Positions 1-8,936 of a stretch of DNA of 64,000 nt are shown in pieces (position 1 is the stretch's first letter; the number at the start of each line of letters is the position of its first letter). The notes below the pieces were generated by a model. The model did not search any database. It saw nothing but the letters and a program-made list of their open reading frames with translations, and was not told where the DNA came from. Origin of the DNA: Anaeroplasmataceae bacterium (GTDB taxonomy: Bacteria > Bacillota_I > Bacilli_A > Acholeplasmatales > Anaeroplasmataceae); the NCBI GenBank assembly GCA_031549865.1, contig JAVBPE010000018.1, forward strand, positions 20,208 to 84,207, in the 5' to 3' direction. A program made the translations under genes and the position numbers.

Positions 1-914
1 TAATAGTATCAAGTATGTATATGATGAGTGTTGCCTTAAAGTATACTAAATTACCAGTTCACGTTTCAACTCAGCAATCAGTAATAAATAAGAAAAGTGT
101 TGAATTCTTTACGAACCTAGGGGCAAGTAGAGTAGTTTTAGGAAGAGAACTAGACATTAATGAAATAAGAGATATCACAAGTTCAACTAATAATGAAATA
201 GAAGTATTTATTCATGGTGGAATGTGTGTATCATATAGCGGGAAATGTGTTTTATCAAATAACCTAACAAATAGAGATGCAAACCGCGGAGGATGCGCTC
301 ACTCTTGCCGCTGGAATTACGATATATTTGATAATGGGATAAAGCTTAATAAAGATAATGATTACTTTGCGATGTCTTCTAAAGATTTATGTGCTATTAA
401 AATGATACCTGCACTTATTGATGCAAAAGTAAGTTCTTTTAAAATTGAGGGAAGAATGAAAAGTCTTCACTATATCGCAACAATTGTTAAAACGTATAGA
501 ATGTTAATTGATGAATATCTTAAAAATGGCTTTATTAAAGATTTTTCAGTTTATGAAAATAAAATAAAAAAAGCTGAGAATAGAGAAACATCAATTGGAT
601 TTTTAAAGGGAATGACGACAATTAATGAACAATTATATGATTTAAATAAATCAGTTCCAACTAAAGAATTCGTTGGGATCGTCTTAGAGTATGATGATAT
701 AAGTAAACTTGCAACAATTGAACAAAGAAATTATTTTCTACCTAATTCTATTATTGAAGTGTTTGGTCCTAAGACTGATGAGGCATTAATTAATATTAAA
801 GAAATATATGATGATAAAATGAACTCTCTTGATGCTGCAAGGCATCCTAAGCAAATAATTAAATTTTATACGGATTTCAAATTATATCCATACGACATGT
901 TAAGAATTGTATAA
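1..914 (+). CDS. Peptidase U32 family protein, C-terminal ~300 aa (gene starts upstream of the window)
   Basis: The frame is open back to position 3, so the ATG at 15 is probably internal. Contains U32 signature-like blocks 'EVFIHGGMCVSYSGKCVLS' and 'GGCAHSCRW'. Confidence 0.8.
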   Translation, partial: IVSSMYMMSVALKYTKLPVHVSTQQSVINKKSVEFFTNLGASRVVLGRELDINEIRDITSSTNNEIEVFIHGGMCVSYSGKCVLSNNLTNRDANRGGCAHSCRWNYDIFDNGIKLNKDNDYFAMSSKDLCAIKMIPALIDAKVSSFKIEGRMKSLHYIATIVKTYRMLIDEYLKNGFIKDFSVYENKIKKAENRETSIGFLKGMTTINEQLYDLNKSVPTKEFVGIVLEYDDISKLATIEQRNYFLPNSIIEVFGPKTDEALINIKEIYDDKMNSLDAARHPKQIIKFYTDFKLYPYDMLRIV

Positions 915-1175
915 TAATTCGTAAGAGCATTTTAGTTTTTCATAATCAATATCATCAATGAAATTAAATAAATCAGTATTATTTAAATCAATTTTTAATA
1001 AATCATTATTGATTAATAAATTATCATCATTACTAATGATTTTAAAATTATTATAATAATCTAAAACTAAATATATATTTTTAGATTTAGATATAAAAGC
1101 AGCTTTAATTAAAGTTTCCTCAAAATCTTTAATTGAGCCAAAAGCATTTTTTAAACTAGTGTAAAAATTATTCAT
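900..1175 (-). CDS. Hypothetical small protein (91 aa)
   Basis: ORF with a GGA-containing purine-rich stretch upstream of the ATG on the minus strand. Converges on and overlaps the U32 gene end by 15 nt. No recognisable motif. Confidence 0.35.
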   Translation of the reverse strand: MNNFYTSLKNAFGSIKDFEETLIKAAFISKSKNIYLVLDYYNNFKIISNDDNLLINNDLLKIDLNNTDLFNFIDDIDYEKLKCSYELLYNS

Positions 1176-1201
1176 AAATATCCTTTCAAGTAGGTGATTT
1201 A

Positions 1202-1882
1202 GTGTTTTATGAAGTAGACGGGCACAAAATAGAAGTGGTTATTAAAATCAAGAAAACAAATAAACATATTTATTTAAGATTTAAAGATAATACTATTTTT
1301 ATAACTTCATATGTTAAGTTAAGTAATAATGATCTTTATAAATTACTTAACTCAAACTTAAATACTATAAAAAAGTATATTAGCAATCAAGAAAAAGTAG
1401 AACAAATAAATTCACTTCATCTTTTTGGTTTATCTTACGAATATGTATTAATAGAATCAAATAAAAATAATGTTTTAATTGTTGATGATAAAATTAATAT
1501 ATATACAAAAAAATTAGATAATGATTATATCAAAAAAATAGTAGAAAAATTTTATATTTTAAAAATAAAAGAAGTAATTGAATTAAGATTACCATATTAT
1601 AAAAAACTATTTAATGATCTTAATACGAATGTTAATCTTAAATATAATTACGCTAAAACTTTCTTTGGTAAATATAATAAAAAATTGCATGAAATTACAT
1701 TCTCAGGTATTTTAGCTAAAGTAGATTACAAATATATTGATTATGTAATATGTCATGAACTTTCGCATATAAAATATAATGGACATCAATCTGATTTCTA
1801 TAATTATTTAGAAACAAAATTAAAAGAATCAAAGACACTTCAAAAAGAATTGAGAAGACTTAAATATAAAGATAAATTTTAA
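1202..1882 (+). CDS. YgjP/DUF45-type (SprT/WLM-like) metal-dependent hydrolase
   Basis: GTG start. C-terminal 'VICHELSHIKYNGHQSDFY' HExxH block is typical of the YgjP family. Confidence 0.7.
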   Translation: MFYEVDGHKIEVVIKIKKTNKHIYLRFKDNTIFITSYVKLSNNDLYKLLNSNLNTIKKYISNQEKVEQINSLHLFGLSYEYVLIESNKNNVLIVDDKINIYTKKLDNDYIKKIVEKFYILKIKEVIELRLPYYKKLFNDLNTNVNLKYNYAKTFFGKYNKKLHEITFSGILAKVDYKYIDYVICHELSHIKYNGHQSDFYNYLETKLKESKTLQKELRRLKYKDKF

Positions 1883-1949
1883 AAAGTATTTGATTTTTTT
1901 AAAATTTATAGTATAATCAAAATTACGTATCGTTTTAGGAGGATATATC

Positions 1950-2423
1950 ATGATTAATAAAGAAGAATTTGAATTAACAGAAGAAGGTAAACAAAAATTA
2001 GAGTTAGAATTAGAAGATTTAACTACTAATCAACGTACTCAAAATATAAATGCATTACAAGAAGCACGTGCGCAAGGTGACTTATCTGAAAATGCGGATT
2101 ATGATGCAGCAAAAGAAGATCAAAGAAGAATTGAATCTCGTATTTTAGAAATTACTAATATTTTAAAGCATGTTAAAATTATTAAAAAAGATTCATCATC
2201 TAAAGTATCTACTGGTAAAAAAGTAGCTATTAAATACTTAGAAACAAATAAAGAAGTTACATGTGAAATAGTTGGAACAATTGAAGCTGATCCATTTGCA
2301 AACAAGATTTCAAATGATTCTCCACTAGGAAGAGGAATCTTAGGTAAAGAAGTATCTGATACAGTTTTAATTACAACAGAAACTGGAAGAGAATTCAGAG
2401 TTCAAATTTTAGCAATTGAATAA
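1950..2423 (+). CDS. greA: Transcription elongation factor GreA
   Basis: 157 aa. Has an N-terminal coiled coil and 'QGDLSENADYDAAKEDQ', characteristic of GreA. aggagg RBS lies 7 nt upstream. Confidence 0.95.
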   Translation: MINKEEFELTEEGKQKLELELEDLTTNQRTQNINALQEARAQGDLSENADYDAAKEDQRRIESRILEITNILKHVKIIKKDSSSKVSTGKKVAIKYLETNKEVTCEIVGTIEADPFANKISNDSPLGRGILGKEVSDTVLITTETGREFRVQILAIE

Positions 2424-2445
2424 TTGTTAAATATATTAATGTTAT

Positions 2446-2471
2446 AAAGGTACGTATGAGTACCTTTTTTG
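2446..2471 (+). terminator. Rho-independent terminator after greA
   Basis: Stem aaaggtac (2446-2453) pairs with gtaccttt (2460-2467), followed by a T run. Confidence 0.7.
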
Positions 2472-2535
2472 TATTTTAATTTGAAATACCTCTTTTAAAA
2501 ATATTTTTTTGAATTTTCGCATATATCTAATATAA

Positions 2536-2565
2536 TTGGACATAATATTACTTATATGTTATAAT
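2536..2565 (+). promoter_or_regulatory. Sigma-A-type promoter of the HTH/ATPase/TOPRIM-like cassette
   Basis: TTGGAC (2536-2541), 18 nt spacer, TATAAT (2560-2565). An imperfect inverted repeat (tgttata ... tataaca) overlaps and follows the -10, a possible operator for the HTH protein. Confidence 0.5.
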
Positions 2566-2602
2566 TTGGTTATATATAACATTAAATATTATTGGAGGGT
2601 GT

Positions 2603-2890
2603 ATGAGTAAAAATTTGCAAGCGTATTTAGATGTTGAATTGTCTAAAGTGAATTTGAAGAATTTAGAAAACGAAATAAAAGAAGAAAATAATATTGTTAT
2701 GGAATTTGCACAGCAATTAATAAAGTGCCGTGAAGATTTAAATATAACGCAAAAAGAATTATCGAATATAACAAAAATTCCACAAACAACAATAAGTAGA
2801 ATAGAAAACGGAACAACTAATCCAACACTTTTGATACTTCAAAAGATTGTTAATGGCTTAAATAAAAAAATTAAAATAGAAATCAGGTGA
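2603..2890 (+). CDS. XRE-family helix-turn-helix protein (95 aa)
   Basis: 'ITQKELSNITKIPQTTISRIENGTTNPTLLILQKIVNGL' is a classic HTH_3/XRE motif. Its stop is 4 nt before the next start. Confidence 0.8.
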   Translation: MSKNLQAYLDVELSKVNLKNLENEIKEENNIVMEFAQQLIKCREDLNITQKELSNITKIPQTTISRIENGTTNPTLLILQKIVNGLNKKIKIEIR

Positions 2891-2894
2891 AGAA

Positions 2895-3989
2895 ATGTCT
2901 ATTTATATAAATGAATTAAAAGTTAATAACTTTCGTGGCATAAAAAAATTGGATTTAAAAAATTTGAGAGATGTTAATATTATTGTAGGAGATAATAATG
3001 TTGGTAAGACTAGTTTGTTGGAGTCTATTCTGATATTGAGAAATCCAATGGATTTTAATAATATGATTAGAATATCTATAAATAGAGAACAAAATTATAG
3101 ATATATGTATCCCTCTAATAGATTTGAAAGTTTACTTAATCTGTTTAATAAAAATAATGATTTAACAATTGATTTATCTGCTAAACTTAATAATGAAATT
3201 GTTTCATTTAATTTAAATGGTGAAATTAGACAAATCATGATAGATTTGAAAGAAGTAAGGGGATATTATGGGAAGAAGTCTGAAACTGTAGTTGAAACAA
3301 GCGAATTGCTATGCAACCTGAAATATAATGATGGCATTTTAACAAAATATCAATCATTTAAGTTTAATAGATTTACTTCCATTACTGGTAGGGTTCTTCC
3401 TGATGAATTTATAAAAATTATTTATTTGTCACCGACAGATCACTTGAAAACTTTTCGCTTTACTACCATTTTACGTGATAATAATTACAAATCAATTTGT
3501 ATAAAAGTTTTACAAATTTTTGACGATAAAATAGAAGATTTATTGCTTTTAGAGGATGACGTTACTGGTGAAATGATTAACTATATATATCATAAAGAAC
3601 TTGGGAATATGCCTATATCAACCTTTGGTGATGGTATTAAAAAAGTCATTTCACTTTCTAATGCGATAGCTTCGGCAAGTAATTCCATATTATTAATTGA
3701 CGAGTTAGAAACAGCTATTCATGCAAAGTATTATGATGATATATTAAGATTTGTTTTAAAAGCAGCAAAACAATTCAATGTGCAATTATTTATTACTACT
3801 CATAGTATTGAAGCATTAGATGGTTTATTAAGTACCCAAAAAGAAAATGGTGTATTTATTGATAATAATAATATTAGTGTAATTACATTGAGAAAAGATG
3901 AAGATACTAAAACTACATTATCAAGAGTTCTAACGGGGAAAGAGGTTTATGATAATAGAGAAAAGTTTAATTTTGAGGTTAGATCATGA
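2895..3989 (+). CDS. ABC-type/AAA ATPase (AAA_15/AAA_21-like, OLD/AriA-type)
   Basis: Walker A 'GDNNVGKT' (2988-3011), signature-like 'FGDGIKK', Walker B 'ILLIDELETAIH', H-loop 'ITTHS'. Confidence 0.8.
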   Translation: MSIYINELKVNNFRGIKKLDLKNLRDVNIIVGDNNVGKTSLLESILILRNPMDFNNMIRISINREQNYRYMYPSNRFESLLNLFNKNNDLTIDLSAKLNNEIVSFNLNGEIRQIMIDLKEVRGYYGKKSETVVETSELLCNLKYNDGILTKYQSFKFNRFTSITGRVLPDEFIKIIYLSPTDHLKTFRFTTILRDNNYKSICIKVLQIFDDKIEDLLLLEDDVTGEMINYIYHKELGNMPISTFGDGIKKVISLSNAIASASNSILLIDELETAIHAKYYDDILRFVLKAAKQFNVQLFITTHSIEALDGLLSTQKENGVFIDNNNISVITLRKDEDTKTTLSRVLTGKEVYDNREKFNFEVRS

Positions 3990-4711
3990 ATTCATTAATA
4001 ATGTGTGAAGGAAAAACAGATGCAATTTTAATTAGTTATGTATTGTGTAAACTTTCTGGTTGGAAAATAAATAAAGCGCCTAAAAATTTTGATTTTAAAA
4101 TTGAAGAAAGAAAGAATCAATCTATTTATTGGTATACTAAAGAAGATGATTGGTTACTTATTTGTGGTGTAGGTGGAGTAACTGAATTTGCTAATTTTTT
4201 TAAAACTAACATTGAATCAATGCAATTAAATACAAATTTTTTTTCTAAGCTAGTTATTATTGTTGATAAAGATGAAAATACAAATCATAAAATAGAAAAA
4301 GATTTTTCTGAAAATTTTAATAATATCAGTAATAAGTTCGAACATAACCAATGGAATAATAACACATATATAGATTTATTTGGAAAATTAGCGGTAATTG
4401 ACACTTTGATTATTATTATACCAGCTGACAAAACAGGAGCTTTGGAAACGGTGTTATTAAATGCTATAGCTGAAAATGAATATGATCGTTTGATAGTTGA
4501 AAAAAGTATTGCTTTTATAGATGAGAATCGTAGTAACGTTTCAAAATATTTCACACAGAAAAGATTAGAATTGAAAGCAAAATTGGGAGTTGTTTTTGCT
4601 GTGTTATCTCCTGAAAAAGTATTTTCTTTTATTGATGAATTATTAATTTCGATTCCTTGGGAGAATTATGCACTAATAACTGATACATTTAAAAAAATAA
4701 TTCAACTATAA
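3986..4711 (+). CDS. TOPRIM-like small protein (DUF4435/DUF4276/RloB-type partner of the ATPase)
   Basis: ATGA start/stop overlap with the ATPase gene. N-terminal 'LIMCEGKTDAIL' (Glu codon at 4007-4009) plus 'IIVDKDEN' (4265-4276) match the E ... DxD layout of TOPRIM domains. Confidence 0.55.
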   Translation: MNSLIMCEGKTDAILISYVLCKLSGWKINKAPKNFDFKIEERKNQSIYWYTKEDDWLLICGVGGVTEFANFFKTNIESMQLNTNFFSKLVIIVDKDENTNHKIEKDFSENFNNISNKFEHNQWNNNTYIDLFGKLAVIDTLIIIIPADKTGALETVLLNAIAENEYDRLIVEKSIAFIDENRSNVSKYFTQKRLELKAKLGVVFAVLSPEKVFSFIDELLISIPWENYALITDTFKKIIQL

Positions 4712-4757
4712 AAAAATTTAATTTTTATAGTTAAAATATAAAGTTAAAAATAGTTAT

Positions 4758-4792
4758 AAGACCTATCGGCAAAATTTAGTTAGGTCTTTTTC
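4758..4792 (+). terminator. Rho-independent terminator after the three-gene cassette
   Basis: aagaccta (4758-4765) pairs with taggtctt (4781-4788), followed by a T run. Confidence 0.7.
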
Positions 4793-4924
4793 TTTATAAA
4801 AAAATATCTTTTTATTTAAAAAATGTCCATAATATGCAGTTATTTCACACATTTATAATATATTTATCCTACTTTTTTTTAATAAAATAATTCATGAAAA
4901 TTAAGAAAAAGGAGTATTTATAAA

Positions 4925-6796
4925 GTGGCCGCAATAATAAGAATTGCTAATTTAAAGAAAACCTATAATATTACTAATACCCAAACTCAAGAAGTTTTAA
5001 AAGGAATTGATGTTGAGTTTAATAGTGGAGAGCTGGTAGCATTATTAGGTGAAAGTGGATGTGGTAAATCAACACTAATCAATATCTTAGGAGGGTTAGA
5101 TAATGATTATACAGGGAGTGTTGTAATTAAAGGAAAGTTCATTAGAGATTATACAGAGTGTGAAATGGATGATTATAGGAAAAAAAGAGTTGGATTAATT
5201 TTTCAAAACTATAATTTAATCCCTCATATGACTTTACTTGAAAATGTTGAGATATCAATGGAAATGTCTGATGTTGAAGAGAAAATCCGTAAAGAAAGAG
5301 CCTTAGATTTATTAAAAATGGTAGGCTTAAACGATCATGCTAATAAACTTCCATCACAATTATCCGGAGGTCAAAAGCAGCGTGTTGCGATTGCCCGTTC
5401 TTTAGCAAATAATCCATCAATCATTTTAGCTGATGAACCAACTGGAGCATTAGACAAAGAATCAGCTAATCAAATATTAAATATTTTAAAAATGATTGCC
5501 CAGTCTGGAAAACTTGTTATAATTGTAACCCATAGCCAAAGAGTGGCGGAGGATTGTAATAGAATTATAAAAATAGATGATGGGATAATTACCTCAGATA
5601 CAAAAAAAGAACGTTTTAAAAATGAAGAGTTTGCTAAGTTTCAAGAACCAAATCCTAAAAATATTCAAACTAAAAATATTTTAAAAATATCCAAAAGAAA
5701 TATTTGGAATAATAAAAATCGTAATATATTAGTCAGCTTTGCAATGTCTATCGGAATTGCAGCATTTATTTTAATTTTATGTCTTAGTCAAGGCTTAACC
5801 AATTATGTTAAAGATTATTATGCCGCTGATAGTATGTCTTTAAATATAACCTCAACAATAAATGGAACGATATCAGATTCAAAAATTACAGCAATAAAAG
5901 AAGTTGATGGCGTAAATACAGTTTATGCAACCCACACAGCATCTAATGCTACATATACTTATAATGATAGTACCAATAGTATTTTTATGTTAAATGAATA
6001 TTATCTAAAATTTGCGCCAACAATGCTATATGGTTCAACAATAACAACTAACAATCAAGTTATTATAAGTGAAAGCTTCGCAAGTACTTTGGCAAATGGC
6101 GGAATAATATCATCTATTGGTCAAGGTTTAGATATAACTTATAATAATATTAATCAAACATTTATTATTAGCGGAATATATGAAGATTCAACTGGATCAT
6201 CTAAATTAAAATGTTATATTAGTAACGAATATTTAAACAATTATTTTACTAATTCTACAAAAACAATTAATACATTATTAGTTACAGTTAGTGATATTAC
6301 CTATTTAGATGCAGTAGCCTCGACTTTAACTAAACAAGGCTTCAGTAATACATTATATGACGACTCATCATCAGTAATTTTAGATTATATTGATTTAGGT
6401 ACAACTGTGTTAACCGGGGTGGCCGCTATTTCAATGGTTGTTTCCGCAATAATGATTTTAATAGTTTTATATATAAGTGTTATAGAAAGAACTCAAGAAA
6501 TTGGAATTTTACGTTCAATTGGGGCTAGAAGAAAAGATATAAGAAAAATATTTATTTTTGAAGCAGGAATCTTAGGTTTAGCTGCAGGAGTAATTGGTTC
6601 AATATTCGCTCTTGTTATAGGAAGTGTTGCGAATTTAATATGTTATTTTTCAACAGGAATATTATTTATCAGTTATAATCCATTATACTATTTAATCGGT
6701 ATTTTATTAACTATAACAGTAAGTGTATTAGCCGGGATAGCACCTTCTAAAAAAGCTTCAGACTTAGATCCAATTGAAGCCTTAAGATTTGAATAA
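4925..6796 (+). CDS. Fused ABC transporter ATP-binding/permease protein (MacB/FtsX-like)
   Basis: GTG start after an aaggag RBS. Walker A 'GESGCGKST', signature 'LSGGQKQR', Walker B 'ILADEPTGALD'. The C-terminal FtsX-type permease has a large extracytoplasmic loop. Confidence 0.9.
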   Translation: MAAIIRIANLKKTYNITNTQTQEVLKGIDVEFNSGELVALLGESGCGKSTLINILGGLDNDYTGSVVIKGKFIRDYTECEMDDYRKKRVGLIFQNYNLIPHMTLLENVEISMEMSDVEEKIRKERALDLLKMVGLNDHANKLPSQLSGGQKQRVAIARSLANNPSIILADEPTGALDKESANQILNILKMIAQSGKLVIIVTHSQRVAEDCNRIIKIDDGIITSDTKKERFKNEEFAKFQEPNPKNIQTKNILKISKRNIWNNKNRNILVSFAMSIGIAAFILILCLSQGLTNYVKDYYAADSMSLNITSTINGTISDSKITAIKEVDGVNTVYATHTASNATYTYNDSTNSIFMLNEYYLKFAPTMLYGSTITTNNQVIISESFASTLANGGIISSIGQGLDITYNNINQTFIISGIYEDSTGSSKLKCYISNEYLNNYFTNSTKTINTLLVTVSDITYLDAVASTLTKQGFSNTLYDDSSSVILDYIDLGTTVLTGVAAISMVVSAIMILIVLYISVIERTQEIGILRSIGARRKDIRKIFIFEAGILGLAAGVIGSIFALVIGSVANLICYFSTGILFISYNPLYYLIGILLTITVSVLAGIAPSKKASDLDPIEALRFE

Positions 6797-6805
6797 GGTG
6801 ATATT

Positions 6806-7618
6806 ATGGCCGCTAAATTAACAAATAAACAAAAACAATCAAAGCGAAAAAAACAAAAAAATAATAAAGTTAAAAAAATGGAGCGTCAAGACGAGCTAGG
6901 GATAAGTAGAAAAGAAGTAAAGGGAGCAATGAGGCCAGAGGTCTTTATCATCTTAAAGATAATTTCAATCATCGCAGTTCCTCTTATGTATCTTTTATAC
7001 TCACCATTTTTAATATTCGCAGTAATCTTTAGTAGTTTATTATTAATATTTGCTTTCAAAACTGAAAAATATATGAATAAATCATATATAAAAAAGAATC
7101 ATATAAAGATTCCTAAATTTGATAGTATAATTGCATGTATTGTAATATTAATTACTGTTTTTGGAACGATTAACTCCTTAAATACGAAAAAGAAAATGCC
7201 AGCTTTTAATATTGGTATGGAAATAAAAATAAAATTAGAAAATACAGGATCATGCCTAACAGGTAGAAGAGGTATATTTAACAATCTTAAAATCTCTAAT
7301 TTTGCGCCAGCCTCTTTACCTGATGGATTTGAAGGCCCAAAACCTCAGCATATGGAAATGGAAGATTTACCAGTTGAAATGCTATTTTCAGTTGTGATAT
7401 CATCGTTAAATTCAGTATTATTAATTTTAATTCCAATTTCAAGTGGATTATCTTTATGGATGTTTATCAAAAAAAGAAAAAGATTAGATAAATTTATGAA
7501 TGAAATAATTTCAGATGATTATGAAGTAATGAGTGATGATGAAATAAAAAGATTATTAATGTTCGATTTAATACCTCTTGAGGATACTACTAATTTAGAT
7601 AATGAAATAAAAGGATAA
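6806..7618 (+). CDS. Hypothetical membrane protein with a Lys-rich N-terminus
   Basis: Starts 9 nt after the ABC gene. Has several hydrophobic segments and no recognisable motif. Confidence 0.5.
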   Translation: MAAKLTNKQKQSKRKKQKNNKVKKMERQDELGISRKEVKGAMRPEVFIILKIISIIAVPLMYLLYSPFLIFAVIFSSLLLIFAFKTEKYMNKSYIKKNHIKIPKFDSIIACIVILITVFGTINSLNTKKKMPAFNIGMEIKIKLENTGSCLTGRRGIFNNLKISNFAPASLPDGFEGPKPQHMEMEDLPVEMLFSVVISSLNSVLLILIPISSGLSLWMFIKKRKRLDKFMNEIISDDYEVMSDDEIKRLLMFDLIPLEDTTNLDNEIKG

Positions 7619-7645
7619 AGGTGCTAGAAAGCACCTTTACTTTTT
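7617..7645. terminator. Bidirectional terminator between convergent genes
   Basis: aaggtgc (7618-7624) pairs with gcacctt (7631-7637), followed by a T run. It overlaps the 3' codons of the minus-strand sigma gene. Confidence 0.6.
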
Positions 7646-8313
7646 GAATCTTCATTTAATACAAGATAGAGCTTCATCAATGCTCTTTTTTCTATTCTAG
7701 ATACATAAGAACGAGATATTTTCATTTCTTTAGCAATTTCTTTTTGAGTCTGACATTTACTCATATTAATGCCATATCGTCTATTTATGATATCTAATTC
7801 TCGCTCTGATAAGCTATTTAATGCCTGATAAAGATTTTTGACTTGCCATTCTTCAAGCATAGTATCAAGCATTTCAGGTTTATCATCTTTGATTAAATCC
7901 ATTAATTCAATTTGATTTCCTTCTTTATCAAATCCAATTGGACTTTCTAAATACACATAATTTCTTTTGTTTTTATTTGCTCTAATAGACATTAATATTT
8001 CATTTTCAATACATCGTGCCGCATAGGTTGCAAGTTTATTTTCCGAATCAAAATTAAAAGAATCAACAGCTTTAATTAAACCTAAAATACCAATAGATAA
8101 AATGTCGTCTTTATCTTCCTTAGTATTTTCATATTTTTTTGCAATATGAGCAACCAATCTTAAATTATGCTCTATAAGTTTAGCCCTAGCATTTTTATCC
8201 TTGTTTTTTAAAAGTGTTAAATAATATTTTTCCTCCTCTTCACTTAATTTTGGGGGATAAGACTCACTTTTTATTGCTCCAAAAAATGGCAATAGTAAAA
8301 AAATATTAAACAT
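7624..8313 (-). CDS. sigK: Sporulation-type RNA polymerase sigma factor, pro-sigmaK-like
   Basis: 'LIEHNLRLVAHIAKKYENT', 'KLATYAARCIENEILM', 'PIGFDKEGNQIEL' and 'TQKEIAKEMKISRSYVSRIEKRALMKL' closely track my recollection of B. subtilis SigK. It also has a hydrophobic N-terminal pro-sequence-like extension. Confidence 0.75.
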   Translation of the reverse strand: MFNIFLLLPFFGAIKSESYPPKLSEEEEKYYLTLLKNKDKNARAKLIEHNLRLVAHIAKKYENTKEDKDDILSIGILGLIKAVDSFNFDSENKLATYAARCIENEILMSIRANKNKRNYVYLESPIGFDKEGNQIELMDLIKDDKPEMLDTMLEEWQVKNLYQALNSLSERELDIINRRYGINMSKCQTQKEIAKEMKISRSYVSRIEKRALMKLYLVLNEDSKSKGAF

Positions 8314-8378
8314 ATATACTCCTTTGTTTTACAAAAATATGGCTTTGTTATATAATAGTAATGATATGAGGTAATAAG

Positions 8379-8936
8379 ATGATAAAAAAAATGATTCCAG
8401 ATAGTTATGTTTCGTCAATATACGACATTCCATATACTAATTTATATGCCAAAGGTATTAGATTAATACTAACGGATTTAGATAATACTTTAATTTCTTA
8501 TAAAGAAACTAAGCCAACACAAGAACTTTTTAAATGGAAAGAAGAAATTGAAGCCATGGGATTTGAAATTATCATTGTCTCTAATTCAAGAAAAGATAGA
8601 GTAAAGAATTTCGCTACTTTATTAGATTTGAAATATGTTAAATTTGCCAAAAAACCATCTAAATTAGGTTTAAAAAAAGCTATTAGAATAGCTAGTAAAA
8701 AATATGAATTACATGAAATCATTGAATTTGGTGATCAATTAATGACTGATGTCTTTGGTTCAAAAAGATTAAAAATTGAAAGTATTTTAGTTAAAGCGAT
8801 TGATAATAAAACTGAAAAATGGGTTACAAGAAATAATAGAAGAATTGAACGCTTCTTTTTAAAAAGAATAGAAAAGAAATTTCCTAATCTTTATTTAGAA
8901 AAATTAGAAGAATATGTTAAGGAGAATCATAATTGA
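8379..8936 (+). CDS. yqeG: YqeG-family HAD-IIIA phosphatase
   Basis: 'LILTDLDNTLI' HAD motif I and 'IIVSNS' motif II. Sits directly upstream of yqeH as in other Bacillota. Confidence 0.8.
   Translation: MIKKMIPDSYVSSIYDIPYTNLYAKGIRLILTDLDNTLISYKETKPTQELFKWKEEIEAMGFEIIIVSNSRKDRVKNFATLLDLKYVKFAKKPSKLGLKKAIRIASKKYELHEIIEFGDQLMTDVFGSKRLKIESILVKAIDNKTEKWVTRNNRRIERFFLKRIEKKFPNLYLEKLEEYVKENHN

Noticed and set aside
15-914. ATG at 15 as the true start of the U32 peptidase gene
   Set aside because: The frame is open to the window edge, and the U32 signature sits only about 65 aa from this Met, whereas I recall it lying further into full-length family members. The gene is most likely 5'-truncated by the window.
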